A stretch of DNA of 64,000 nt, taken from NCBI GenBank assembly GCA_013265495.1, contig MU058037.1, forward strand, positions 1,675,498-1,739,497, given 5' to 3'. How positions within the stretch are numbered: the stretch's first letter is position 1; each line of letters starts with the position of its first letter. This document shows, piece by piece, positions 41,470-54,919 of this stretch. Position numbers and translations under genes: made by a program. The DNA comes from Vicugna vicugna. Taxonomy: Eukaryota. Under the pieces are notes generated by a model. The model did no database searches, was not told the DNA's origin, and worked only from the letters and a program-made list of their open reading frames with translations.

Positions 41470-41920
41470 TTATTTATTCCTTCACTCAACAAATACTTCC
41501 TGAGTGCCTACTTATCACCAGATATTTTCTTATGCATTGTTATGCAAAAAGACTGGTTCCTGTCCTCATCAAATAATCAAACAAATTAAGATAAAAATAA
41601 AACTGACAAATGGGACAAATATGCACACAGTATCAAGAGACCGCAGAACTGAGGATCTGATGTGATTCAGGGAATCAGGAAGGCTTTTCTGAGACGGAGG
41701 AGGGGAGGCTTGAGATCTGAAGGATGAATAGGTGAAGAAAAAGTGCAAAGTCCAAAGCTGGGCAAGTAGGACTGAAAGAAGACTGGTGTAGCTAACGTAG
41801 GAATGAGGTTTTTACCTCGCAGGCAACAGCCAAACCTTCAAGGGTCTTGCAGGCCATTTTAAGGACTTTGATCTTTATCATAAAAACAATGAGAAGACAT
41901 TCAATTTTTTAAGCAGATGG
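41470..41920 (-). mobile_element. L2 3' fragment
   Basis: 'ttcactcaacaaatacttcctgagtgcctac...aatcaggaaggcttt...ggccattttaaggactttg'. Confidence 0.7.
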
Positions 41921-44900
41921 GGTGAAAAGTGAAAATATAGGACCAGAAGAGAATCATTCTTAAGAAGTTCATCCTGACTGCAGGTACATGCATTAAACAA
42001 ACAAAGTAAGATTCTGTAATTATCATGACCTTGACTGAAAAGATAATATTTTGTCCTTTGCAATAGGAGGAAAAGAGGATGCAGAGTACATTAATTTTAC
42101 CTTTTCTAAACTCAACCACCACTTCTCAAACTTTTCCACTGATGTATTTGTAATTGCCGAACAGAGTGTACTCATAACCTTGGGCGGTCTGGGAAATGCA
42201 GCTTTAAGCAGACTGCTGCAAGCCTAAAATTCCTGTTAAGCCTCTGGTCTCATCTTTAAAATCATGCCAATTTTGCTTTCTACACCATGAATATAATACC
42301 TATGTTTGTTTTTATATAAAAATAATGTCTTAAAATACTTAGCAAAAATCAACTCTTTGCCTTCTTTTGATCGTTTGGCTTCCACAACCAGAAATGTATC
42401 ATCTGGGGTAGCAAAGGCCTATGCTATGCATGAAAACTGAATTCACTCACTGAATGTTATTCAACACAATGATCCCGTGTTGAAGACTACATTTGCTGTT
42501 CTTCAGCCAGACACTAAACTATGACAAACTCATAAAAAATAAAGCTTTAGACTCCATTTTTTTCAAATTACTCTCCCCTCCCCTTTAAATTAGTACCGAT
42601 GATCCATCCTTCTAGGACTCTTTATAGAAGCTGATGCTTCATCTTTTCTTTCACAATAAGTCTCATGTGTGAGGTGCTGTAAGGAAGTCACATAGAAAGC
42701 TAAAAGTCATTAAGAACAAATTAAGTCCAAATCTGAGGTCACTCTGCTATACATGAAAATGATAATTTATCATTGCTTTAAGAACAACATCAATATTTAA
42801 AAGCCCATCTTAATTCTTCATATGAGAATTTGGATCAGTAAAATTAGAAACATCTAACAACACAATGTTAATGATGTAATTAATCATCAAAATAACTCAT
42901 TTTAACATTATTTCCAAACTATTCCTGAGAAACAGATTTGAAACATCTGTACCAATTCAATACACATTCTTTGTGGGCTTATTTTTGGCAGCCAAAGTTT
43001 CATAATGTGGTATTTATTTAAACTCAGGACATGATGAGAGTTTTATTGTCTTTGTGAAATGCAGATTTGTTCTTGTACTTTTGTGCCACCTACTCATGCT
43101 CCTCCCTCACTTTCCCTCTACTGCCCACCTCTCTCCTTCAACCCAACAAACCTAGACACAACCCCTCTGGTTAATCATCCCATCTCAACCCTAGAGACTC
43201 TCACTGTGCTTCTACATTTAGAATACATCCCCCTTACAATATGCCTTAATTAAGCAAATTCCTAAAACCCCACCTTCCCCATGGATTCCTTCCTGACTTT
43301 CTAAAATCATCTTCTTTTTCCACTGGTGCTTGTATACATAATGCAAACTCCTAAAATTTACCAAATGTCCTAGTTGGTGCCTGTCTCTATCTTGGCATAG
43401 GTTTGTCAATGTCACTGCCATATCTTATAGAGACTGACTTCTCCAAAGCAGGGAATTATTTTTTTTCAATCCAACCATTAAAGCACCTCCCACACTGAAG
43501 TACTGAGTAAATAATATCTAAGAACCAGAATATATCTACATAAATATGCTTTTCCCCCCATGTGCACTAAATCATGAGTGTTACCTTAAGGAGCAGATAT
43601 TAACGACACTATAAATAAAATGATGTTTTTTGTGAACTAAACTATACATATCGAAAAGATGAATTTCCTCTTTGTATAAAACGACAAGAGTTCCTGTTCC
43701 AAAAATGTCAAATCCAAATTAGGTGATTGTTGGTTACTATTTAGTCACATTGCAATTGAGAAAAAAGCTAATGTTTCAAAGGGAAGTGACAGGACCCCAA
43801 TTTGATCATTTAACATATTTTTTTCCTTGCAGTGTATACTCCTCAAGTTCCTGCCAGAAAATTATTCCTGATCTCTCTTTCAAGACAGTTTAACTCAAAA
43901 ATTTGACATTTCCCTTCCCCTAAGATAAATTTCAACCTCAGCGTTGGGTCCTATGAGGGAAAAAAATGACTAAAGAGCACTGTACCTGTCAAAACTTCTT
44001 TACATTTTCGGACACATTCTCCTTTACAGCATTTAACTTTCATACTAAATAGACCTTATTTCATCACTGCGTGTTCCTATTTTTCAGAATTGTATGCAAA
44101 ACATTGGTTTTATCTTTGTTTTTTATACCTAAAATAATGTATTTCATTTTCTGTCCTCAAGATGGCTGAGTCATCAGGACAGGAATTAGAAGTCAGTGAA
44201 CGCTTCTTAAAGAAAATGCTTTATAGTAAACAGGAAAGAGCAGAGAAGTTAATTGTGGTATGATTTAAGAAGCTATCTTAAAATTTTAAATTATTTAAGG
44301 AATCATAATAATACAACAGTGGATGAAGCTAAGTCACAGAGACCATAAGGGAAGAACAGCAAAGCAGGGACTGTTGGTTGACTTTGAAAACAATAATCCA
44401 TTTTACTTGATTCAGAAAGGGATTAAAGATCACTGGAAAAATGTCATGAAGGGAGCAGGACCCCGGAAATAACTTTATCTTAGTCATGTGGATATTTTGA
44501 AAGAGTTTCAAAGTCAGAAAAGGTATGAGAAGAAAATGGAATTATTGGGTGTGACATGGACAAGGAAAATGAATAATAAAATTAATAACAGGGGCCCTAA
44601 TGTGTTCAGGGAGGTTTGCTATATTTCAGTGGGGAAAAGTGGATTCAAGCAACTGCAGATTATGAAATATTTCCAGACCCTGCTAGCGAACAGACAGGAG
44701 CTGAGAAATAATGTCTTTTTGAGTACTAGACTGAGCAAACATAAGAAGCAGTTATTGGCCTACTTTTCTACCTACAGCTTTTTCCAATAACTGCTTTGTT
44801 TTTATTTACTGTAAAAAGGTTTATGTTTTAAAATTTTGTCAAAGCTACAAGAGGACTGAATGTAATTTCCAGCTGAAAACGGTTGGTTTCAAACGCTAAA

Positions 44901-47900
44901 TGGTAAGTATTTGATTTTCTCAAAAAGTCTTTTTATGAAATTAATTTTTAAAATTAATTTTGACGCCTATGAGGTATTTCCAAATAGTCTTAAGTACTAT
45001 CAAGACAATCTAGGACATAAATGCTTATTTTACTGACTCATAAGAAGTTCATGTATTTACTGGAACTAACATTGACACTGTGCCATATCTGACTTTTTAT
45101 TGTCAGCAGAAAATTCAGTAAATACTGGAGTTTACAAGCAGTGGAGTTGGGGGTGAACAAAAAAAATGGAAGTATTTCCTCATAGCTTTCTTTACTAATA
45201 ATTATCATACAAATTTAATATTTATGTCTCCCTCAAATATATTTTAATAAAATGTAATAAATCAGAGTGAATTGCAATGTATAAATGGTCCTTCATAATT
45301 AATCTTGAATACATGCTATCAAAGCTTAATAATCTTGTCAGCTTGGTTTTTTCCCCTTTATCTCCCTCCCTGCTGACTGAGTTTCTATAGCCTGCCTATA
45401 ATTTGTCTGGAACTATAAATATATGGCCATGCTATTCTTATATGCTTAATGGTTCTTTTTCTGTTTTAGTGAAGAAAAAAATACCCTAGAAAGAGCATAA
45501 AGAACATACCTTAATAAAGAGTTTAACTATCTATAATTGTGACTAGCTGAAAGTATGCTATATATATGCTTTAAACGTTAAGGATGATGAAACTGTCACA
45601 TTAGGAGCATGCTTTAAAAAACTCCCATAATGTTGTAGTTTTTCCAAAGTCCTGTTCATTTTTTGGTACTTTCTTTATAACACTGTACATTATACAACGC
45701 TAAATGAGGTGGAGCCATTCCAAAGCTACAGCCTAAATTAACTGACTTTTAAACACTATTGCATCTGAAGAAAGGGAGAAAAGTATTTTAAAAATGTGTT
45801 TTGTAAAGTTTATTTGGATAAAGGGTAAGGAGGGAAAAATTAATTAAGGTAACAGTGTAAGTTACAAGTTGAGGAAACATTTGTTTCATCCAGCTATTTT
45901 TAAAATCTTATTTTCTGGTAGTATCTCAAAATCATATTTATATGAAGATTATGGAAATTTCGCCAGTAAGCAGTTTGGGACCTGAAACATACAAATAATG
46001 ACATTATTCTCTTCCAGTCTAATGTGTACAAAGATACACAAATTCTCTCTTTTTGAAAAGCTCTAAAATCCATCACCAAGAGGTTTGAAATTAAGTTATT
46101 CAACTTAAATATAACAATCATTTAAAATCACAGCTAATGATGTTAGCCCAACTTCAAACTGGATTTTAGGCTGGAGAGATTTTTAAAGAACTAGTAACTT
46201 AAAAACTAATAATGTGTGTCAGAATATGTGCATCATAGGTTCTGCTTGCTTCAGTGGACCTAAACCGTGGAGAGAGAGGGGAAACTGCAAGAATGTACCG
46301 GGAGGGTGGGAGGTGAAGAAGATGGAGTATGCAGCACTCACTACAAGCATCACGGGAATTTGTGAGAGAGTCTCTAAAGGTAACCTGACTCCCATAGAGC
46401 CAAGAAAGCGTTTCCTTGAGTATTTCAATAACAAATTCAAACTAAAGTGATCTTTTAGGCAAATGCAAAGAAAGGGTTTTAATTAATCATTCTTGTTTCT
46501 TGCATACACCCTGGCTCTTTCTTCCATGATTGAGAAAGAGAGAGTACAGATGTTTGTCTGCATCTGACAATCCAAAGGGGGGAAAATTTGATGGGAATCT
46601 AGAAAAGCCGAATTTCAATAACAAATATGAAAAGAGAAGAAACAGGAGAAAAAGAAAAAAAAAGCCACTGCAGGACTTTGTCTTAGTCATGGCACCACAG
46701 CACCTTAGCACAATGCACCGCACACGGGGGTGGGGGGGTTCGGTAAATAATAAATTCGATTTAATTCAATACACTCTCATTTGTACTGTGCTTTGCAGTT
46801 ACAAAGCACTTTCCACGTATTAGAAAAGAAAAACGAGGTAAATTAGGAATAAAGGGACAAGTAAAGGAGTAAAAGCAAAGCAAATGGATAAAGGAAAATC
46901 CACAAGAACAAGCAAGACTATTGAAAAGGTTCGAGAGAAAAGGGAAAAAGCTGAGTTTCTCCCTTCCGTTCTCAATCACTTGCAATCAACCTACCTTTCG
47001 TTCTAAAGTACCTGGAGCTTAAAAAAGTCGGACTGCGAAGCAAGCCCTAAGAAAGAGCTCCCTCATCTTCGGAACGGGCATTTTCAAACGATAAGCCTTT
47101 GGTCCCTGACTAATCTACCTAGAGTTTGTGCCTACGAATAACCTCTAATACCTCCCAAGTGCGGCCAGGAATCCTTTTTTTCCCATTCCACCCATCCCCT
47201 GTCAGCATTCCTCAAATCTTAGGAATTTTGGGGGGTGGGAGGGGGGTGCAGTGGTCGTGAGGAAAGGGTACTCTACAGGCCCCTCAACTCAGACAACAGA
47301 GGGAGATAGTGAGGCAGGAAAGCCCAGGGACTAGGAAAAAGCCCACATTTGAGACTAGGAGGGCGACTGTCTTTAAGTATGGTTATTAGAAATTGCCGGG
47401 GAAAAAAAGGGGGAGAGTCTTCAAGATGGAAGAAATGAGGGGACACTTGAATGCGCATCATCTTACACCTGGCGTCGAGCCCACAATTAAAAGCCCTAAG
47501 GTTCAAAGCCTCAATCGGTCAGAAGAGGAGGGGGCAAAGGACTCGGGGAGATGCACAGGAGGCAGCCACAGATTCTAGCGCGGATGCTGTCCCAGGGGAA
47601 GCAGGTTTTCCTCTCCCCCAAAGTAGTGCATCCCCGAGCATCCTCAGCCCAACCTGGGGAAGAGAGAGAGCTCCCCGGATCCAAACCCGGGCGGCCGCGT
47701 CCTGACCCCATTATGTGGGCTTAAAAGTTGCTGGGAGAGTTGGCGCAAGGAAAGGCACTTGGCAGGGGCGGCCGCAGAGGGGGCGTCAGGATTCCCAGGA
47801 ACAAAGAGGCCAGGGAAGCGGCGACCAGAGGAGCAGGTCCCTGGGGGCTCCTCCTTGAGGGGAAAAACCAGGGTCGCCATGTCCCCCTGGCCTGTGGGCG

Positions 47901-48113
47901 CCGAGGGGAGCGAGGAGCGGGTGAAGTGAACCGGGATTCTGCCGCCCAGCTTCCAGCCTCCCATCGGGTCGCGCCCGCCACCCCCGCGGTCTCTGCGCCT
48001 CTCGGCGCCCCTCTCCGGCTGGGAAGCCACTGGCTGGAAACAATAGGAGACCGGAATCCCGAGCCCCTGTCAGCCTGGGAAGACCCCCACCGCTCCCTGG
48101 CGCCTCCTGATCA

Positions 48114-48338
<225 letters not shown>

Positions 48339-48866
48339 TCAGCAGCCCGAGCCGCCCTCAGGTGGGGTCCCTTGCTGGCCACTGCCTCGCAGGGAGGACG
48401 GCACGGAGAAGGCGGCTTTTGTGTGTCGAGTCTCGCGGCTGCAATGTCTCTCAGTAAGCGGCGGGCAGCAGCGGTGGGAGCGGCGACGGGGAGGGAAAGG
48501 CGCCGGGGTCGCGGCTCTGCGCCGGCTCTGCTCCGTCCCTGCTGAGGCGGCGGCTCCTGCCGTTGCTCCGCCACTCCGCTCGGGTCTCCGTCCCACCGGG
48601 GCTTCAGTTCATAGCTTGCAGTGCCGAGGGTCGCAGCGCGAAGGGAAGGAGCCGCCACCTCTCGCCCGCAGACAACTTGCCCGTTCGCCTCGTGCGCGGG
48701 AGTGAAGCCCCCGGCACGACTAGCCGCCCGGCGGAAATGACGAGGGGCCTCCTGCCACCCAAAATATCTTTCCGCAGCCCTCGGGTGCGGGGCGCGCGCG
48801 CCACGAGCCCCCCGCCCGCTCGCTGTCGCGCGGTCCCGCCCCCGGGGCCGACGGCAGGCGCGCGAG

Positions 48867-49005
48867 GCGCGTGCGCGTGCGCGCCCCGGCACGAGGCCGG
48901 ATCCCGGGGTCTGCCTGTCAGTCAGGCAGGTGCGGGCGGCTCGCAGCGTAGCGTTCCCGCCCCGCGGGCCGCCCTGGGACGGAGGCGGACGAGGAGCGCG
49001 TGCGC
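48867..49005. promoter_or_regulatory. NRF1-like GCGCGTGCGC sites (48867-48876, 48873-48882, 48996-49005) and a PBX/PKNOX-type CCTGTCAGTCAG motif (48914-48925)
   Basis: Direct matches to GCGCNTGCGC and TGANTGACAG-type consensus motifs inside the CpG island. Binding is not demonstrated. Confidence 0.5.
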
Positions 49006-49048
49006 GGCGGCGGCGGCGGCGGCAGCGGCAGCGGCAGCGGCAGCGGCG
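49004..49048 (+). repeat. Interrupted trinucleotide repeat (GCG)6(GCAGCG)4GCG
   Basis: Read directly; 15 GCN units. Confidence 0.95.
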
Positions 49049-49067
49049 CGAGTCCCCCAGCGGGTCG

Positions 49068-49087
49068 GTCAGTCAGTCAGTCAGTCA
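49068..49087 (+). repeat. (GTCA)5 tetranucleotide repeat
   Basis: Read directly. Confidence 0.9.
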
Positions 49088-50514
49088 ATCAGGTGCTGGC
49101 GGCGGGAGCTTGGCTCCGAAGGGCCCCTGAGCGGATGCGGCGGCGGCAGGAAGGGCTGCCCACCAGTTGAACGGTGACTGCTGAGGCGGCTGAGGAGGTA
49201 CCTGCGGTCCCGCCGCCGAGGGGAGGGGGACGCCGCCGAGCGCGGGGGTTACAGCGGGAGCCCGGGCTTCCCTCGCTCCCGCCCTCCCCGCTGCTGAGTG
49301 GGCTCCCGAGGTGATTCCCGAGCCCCGCGCGCGCCCGCCGAGACGGAGGCGTGGAATGCCGCGGCCGGGGAGCGGGCTCCGCCGGCCAGAAACGCCGCGA
49401 TGACGAGGCCTGAGGGCCGGTGCTTTCGGACCGTCCCCGGTGGTGCCCCGGGCGCGGAGCCTGGAACCTTCGGGCGCCGGCCGTGGTGACTCCGAGGCAG
49501 GTTCGGCCCACGTGCCTGTTGAAGGGCCCGGGGTCGGGTTTTCGGCCAACTCCTCCAACGCCGAGAGCGCCCAGTACCTATTTTAGAGGATGTCCTTTTG
49601 TTTTCACTTATTCTTTTATAAGAACTGAAGGGTAACACTGGGATTGAAAATGAGTGGCAAACTGTAAACGCCATGCTTCTTCAAAACTCAACGTTCTCCA
49701 GAAATCTTACACAGGCTGCTGTGCAACCCTTAGTAAAAAGACAGTTTGCCTAATGAGGCTCAATTTAAACGACAAATAACTAATCCTAGAAAGTATAGAG
49801 GCAAACTCTCGACCACCATTGTGAACATTTTCTCTTTGTCATTCTTAAATAGCTCCACTGAGTAAAAGAGAAACTATTTCTATAACCATTTCGATAGTGT
49901 CAGTAGGTTTTGCCAGTTTCCTGCAGTAACCCATTTTCTCTAGTCCAACAGCAGGAGATGCAGAACTGCCACTTTTTCTCAACTAACATGAGTTGATATT
50001 CCACCTCCAAATCCTCCAACCCCCACCCCCCCCCCACACATACACAAAGAGCAGAAACCACAGTAAAAATATTTTTGATATTTTCAGGCTGGTGATACAA
50101 ACCAAGTAAAATTTAAGATGGCCTGTCTGTAGGCTTGTTTATTTTTCTAATAATCCAAACTTTAAAGTATATGGGAAATTTTGGAAAGAAGTTTAGAAGA
50201 TTGTCTAGACAAGTCTACACTCGGAGGTTACAGATATAGCACCTTCCTTTCATAACCCAAATCACGGTTGTGATTTACAATTTTTTCTTGCCTAACCAGG
50301 TGTGAAAGGCATTGTATTTTGGAGTGCTTGCATTCCAAATGAGTCTCAGAACATTGCATCAGTATTTCTAAAAAAGATCATTTCCAGCATCAGTAATTTA
50401 TGGAGTAGCTTTATGTTCAGAAACAGAATGGAATGGATGCATTGTGAATCATTAGAGGTTGCAGTCAGAGGGGAATGTTAAAAGTAATCTGATCAAAATA
50501 ATACTTCTAATAAT

Positions 50515-50765
50515 AACAATGAACATTTATTGAGCGCTGTGCTGAGTATTTTACATATATTTTATCCTCAAAATAGCTCTATCATTAGCCACATTTTACA
50601 GATGAGAAGGCTATCACACTCACTTTCCTATCACCAGAGCTTATTACACATCGTTCAATACATGTTGAATAAATTAATAAGGTTTAAAGAGGTTAAGTAA
50701 TTTGTCTGAGGTCATGATGCATGATTATAATACCAAGTTAAGGTGATTCCAGAATATGAGCTTCT
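50515..50765 (-). mobile_element. MIR fragment (interrupted)
   Basis: 'aacatttattgagcgctgtgctgag...cattttacagatgagaa...agaggttaagtaatttgtctgaggtca'. Confidence 0.65.
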
Positions 50766-53399
50766 AAAACTAGAAAAAAAAAATTTGTATTGGTGTTAAC
50801 AAAATGCACAGTACTTTGGAAGTGGAAGTTCTGTTCAATGTTAACCAAATATGTCTCAGCAAGTTAACTACAAAGGAGTCTGAATATGTCTCATCAAAAA
50901 GTTAACTGCAAAGGAGTCTGAAAATCACCATCAATGTTCCTGACCAGTACCAACTGTGAGAATGTAGGAAGTGAAGAAATTTGGCTGAAACATCAAACTA
51001 TATCCTGACTGTGCTTGCATGACAAGCAACCAGACTATACATCATATTATAGGCAAGCTTAAAGTCAGATATTGTTTGCATAATGAATGGAATATCAATC
51101 AGAACAAATGCCAAAGATCCAGATGCAATAAAAATAAAAGATGCCTATTTCATGGAAAGACCAGTGCCAAAGAAGATGGAATAAAAGATCCTAGAAAAAG
51201 CAGATTTTGAGAATTACAGCACAGAATTAAGTCGTACATGTTTTCTTCCTATTTGTTACAGTAAGGAATTTATTTAGTCTAATCACCTGAGATAACCATT
51301 AAAAAAATAACTGTAAGAGCTAAGAATAACTGAGCCAATATGTAGGTGTGAGGGTATGCTATCTAACAGCGTTCACCAAGGCCTTAGATATTTGTCCCAA
51401 TTCCTCCTCCCTGAGGTTTCCCCTACAAAACATACAAAAAATAAAAAAATTTGACTTTGACAGTGTAATAGACATTATTTCACTTAATTTGTTCAGAACA
51501 TAACTGACTTTTCACTCAAATATTCTTGATCTGAAGAGAAGGAAAATAAGGTGCTTAAATCATCATTGCCTTCATTCTTGTATTCTTTACTCCAAATGAC
51601 TCAGACAAATCTTTCCTGCATTTTTCTTTCCACAACTTTTCAAATAAACTAGCTTTTGTAGTCTTTTGCCTGTTATTCAAAATGTTACTGTCTTGCCCCG
51701 TTTTTGTATAATATAATGTGGTTACATACAAACTTCAAGCTCTTTGCCTTCTCTTAATGCACAATGCAATCGCAAAGATTAGGTGAAAAGGTATGTTGTC
51801 ATAAAATACATATCAAAACACTGCACTAAATGATATGTCACATATACTTCAACAGTCTAGATACAGAAGCCAAACATTCTTTGGAAGAAGACTTGGATTC
51901 TTTTCGCAAGCAGGCAAAGGAGAAATATTACATTGATTAAATTAATTGGAGACATAAAACTTGTGATATGTGTGCAACCATATCAAAATAAATCAGTTTT
52001 AAATCATCTTTTAATCCAATTGTTATACTTTTGTCTTTTTTATTCTCCCTCTAGATTTCAAAAAAAATAATTAATATTTCTTGGCCAAAGTATTTTCAGT
52101 TAAGATTTTATAGTATATGTAATGAATCTAAGTACGTCACGTGTGAAGTTTACAAAGGTCCTCTGACTGGAATCTAGTTGCTCAATGGATCTGACTCTTA
52201 GAGATTAGGTCAGATAGGGAGACAGCCTTCCACTGGAAGAAGGAGCTTCAAACCTTTGTCTCTCTGGGGCCAAAGACAGGAGTAAATAATGTGAATGTTT
52301 CTTCTGGAGCTGCAAGTTGAAGATCTCTAACCTCTGTGTTTTCTAACCTAGGTTATTTTATAGGGGCCTTAATCATTACTTCCCATTTTTTCTTCTAAGA
52401 AGCTTGTTCAGCATCAGACCTCAGACTTGCCATGCAAAACATATTTTAACATTTTTTAGTTATTTAACATTTAGACAAAATGTTGTACAGAGCCCTTTCT
52501 GGCGATTTTCTCAGTTTGCTTAGATTTTTGCTGTAGCTGTCTATTTAATTCTTAAATTTCTTGCTTTTTTAGTGAATAATATTTTATCATTTTTTTCTCT
52601 TATCTTTCATTTTTGAATGATTAGCGAGAAGTGACAATATAGAACAGCTATGTGGATAGTCCATGTCCTAAAAGAGAGGAAAGGCTAGGAGCCGTCTTTT
52701 ATTCTACTTAGTTTTCCCCAGACTTTCCTGTAATTTCAAAAGCTGGTGTTCTATGCTGGTACAAGTTGTATACCTTGATCAGAAAAATTAGCTAGGCAAT
52801 TCTGTTAAGATTAGTAGTGATAAAACAAAATAAAAGTTATTCTCAAGAACAATATATAAAACTTGCTCCAGAGAAAGCGCAACAAAATTTCTGGAACAAT
52901 ATTTTTATTTTCTTGCAGTATAATTTTAACAGCTGTGTGTAAAGGACCGAAGCCTCTGATAGCAATCTGTCTGTGCCTCCAACAGAGAAGTAAGTAGGAA
53001 GAGACCTTTAACCGTAAATGGGCCTTCAAATGTGCTGCTCTCAGCCAAACCTCCCTTTAGATTATCAAGGAGAAGCAGCCTGAGACTGTAATTAAATTAG
53101 TAGAATCCTTCCTTTGCTGTTCTGCCTCTAGGGTAAGCTGTATTAAATCAAGCCATATCCTTTCCAGACCAAGATTCACAAGTCATCTCTGGGTGAAAAA
53201 AAATTGGCTGGAGTTGAGGTTATCCCAGTAGAGTGTTTTTTAGGGCTCCTTCCAGGTATTCCCTGCTATATTAATCACAGTCTAATAAAAAGCCCAAAGC
53301 CCACTTTAGATTAGAAAACCTAGTTTTCTTAACTAGTCCTAGCCTATCAGGGAAGTTTCTGGTGCACTTAGCAACCATTAATTAAAAGCATATAAACTT

Positions 53400-54700
53400 A
53401 TTATTCAACAAACATTTTTTTGAACACTACCGATGTGCTGGCATGAGTTGTTATCATTTAATCAGAAAAATGAACTCGATTTTGTGGATGCAAAGATGAC
53501 CAAGATGCTCACTGACTGGTAGGGGAAACAGAAACGTTCATGATTAATTTAATAGGATAATGTGATAAATGCAGTGAATGTGATAAATGCAGTGATAGAT
53601 ATGCCCAGTACTATCCAGAGAGGGCTGCCTAACAATTGGGAGGAAGACTATATGGAGGGAATAATGCCTGTTCTAGGTCATAGAAGATGACAGCCAAACA
53701 ACAATGCAGAAAAGAGCTAATAGGTAGAAGTACAGTGTGAGCAGTTACAGAGCACTATGTACCTGGATGATGAGTTGAAAAGCAAAGAGCAAGAGGTGAC
53801 AGGAGATGAGGTGGGAGGGGTGGGCAATAGCCAGGTCAGGGGGAAAAAATTCAAACTAAAAGATAAAAAGAGCCACTTAAGGATTTTAAGCAACGAAACG
53901 ACTTGGTCATATTTAAATATTTATGTTTTATATTGACTGGCAGCCATGGAAAGCACAGATTTGAGAGGAACAGGATGAGGGGGAAGGATTCAATTTGGAG
54001 GATGTGGCAGTAGACCAATGAAAAGATGACTTGTGTCAGAAATAGATCAGTGGAGATGGGTATGGAGAGAAGGGGATGGATTTAATAAATATTCAGGAGA
54101 ACTTGGTGATTGATTGGATATGAGAGATTAGGAAAAGAGCAATATCAAGAATGATTCCTAGGATTCTAATTTGGGTAGATGGGTAAATTATATCTTCTCG
54201 ATCAAAAATAAAAATAAAAGTGGATTTGGGAGATGGAAGTGGTCTGAGATATTCTGTTGTGGACATTCTAAACATGACATACCCGTGGGACAGCTGAGAA
54301 GGGATTTCCAGTAGGCAGTTTCTGCATTCACATATAGGAATGTGAACCTCAGTAGGGGCTGAAGATACAGGCTTGAAAGTCACTACTGAAACAAGACTAT
54401 GAATGAGATAGGGAGAGTGTGAGATGCCCATGGAAGAAGCCCATAGAAGAGAAAGAGAAAATGAGTAAATTATAAGAACCAAGAGAATGCAGTGTCATGG
54501 CAGCCCAGTGAAAAAAGAATTTCAATAGGAAAGAGTGGAAAATTGTGTGAAATGAAAAAATGATGTTCCAATAAGAACTGAGAAGAAAATTCTGGTGGTT
54601 TTGTCAGTTTTGATATCTTTCATGGCCTTATTGAGATCTGGGAAAGAACTGGATGTTAAAATGGGAAGACTTGGGTATATAGGGCATCAATTTTTTCACA
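53400..54700 (-). mobile_element. Long L2 fragment
   Basis: 'attcaacaaacattt...ggattttaagca...acttggtgattgattggata...gtgtcatggcagcc'. Confidence 0.75.
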
Positions 54701-54919
54701 AGTCGATTTTTCTTCTTCCTCATAACACACATACGTTTATATCTTATTCAGGTGGCTCCACAGTGAATGGTAACAATTCTTCAATTTACCACAACCACTG
54801 GCAATACTATTTTCTTTTGGAATCCCAGGTGCCAATGATGATCCCTACTCTTATCTGATTATACTTTCACCACTTACAGAATGGTGACACCTTTTAACTG
54901 GCTGAATTTGAAATCCTCC

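Noticed and set aside
47230..47246. G-quadruplex candidate G6-T-G3-A-G6
   Set aside because: Only three separated G-tracts, so it does not meet the canonical four-tract pattern.
53559..53595. Perfect 18-nt tandem duplication (AATGTGATAAATGCAGTG)x2
   Set aside because: Simple slippage duplication inside an L2 fossil; nothing suggests function.
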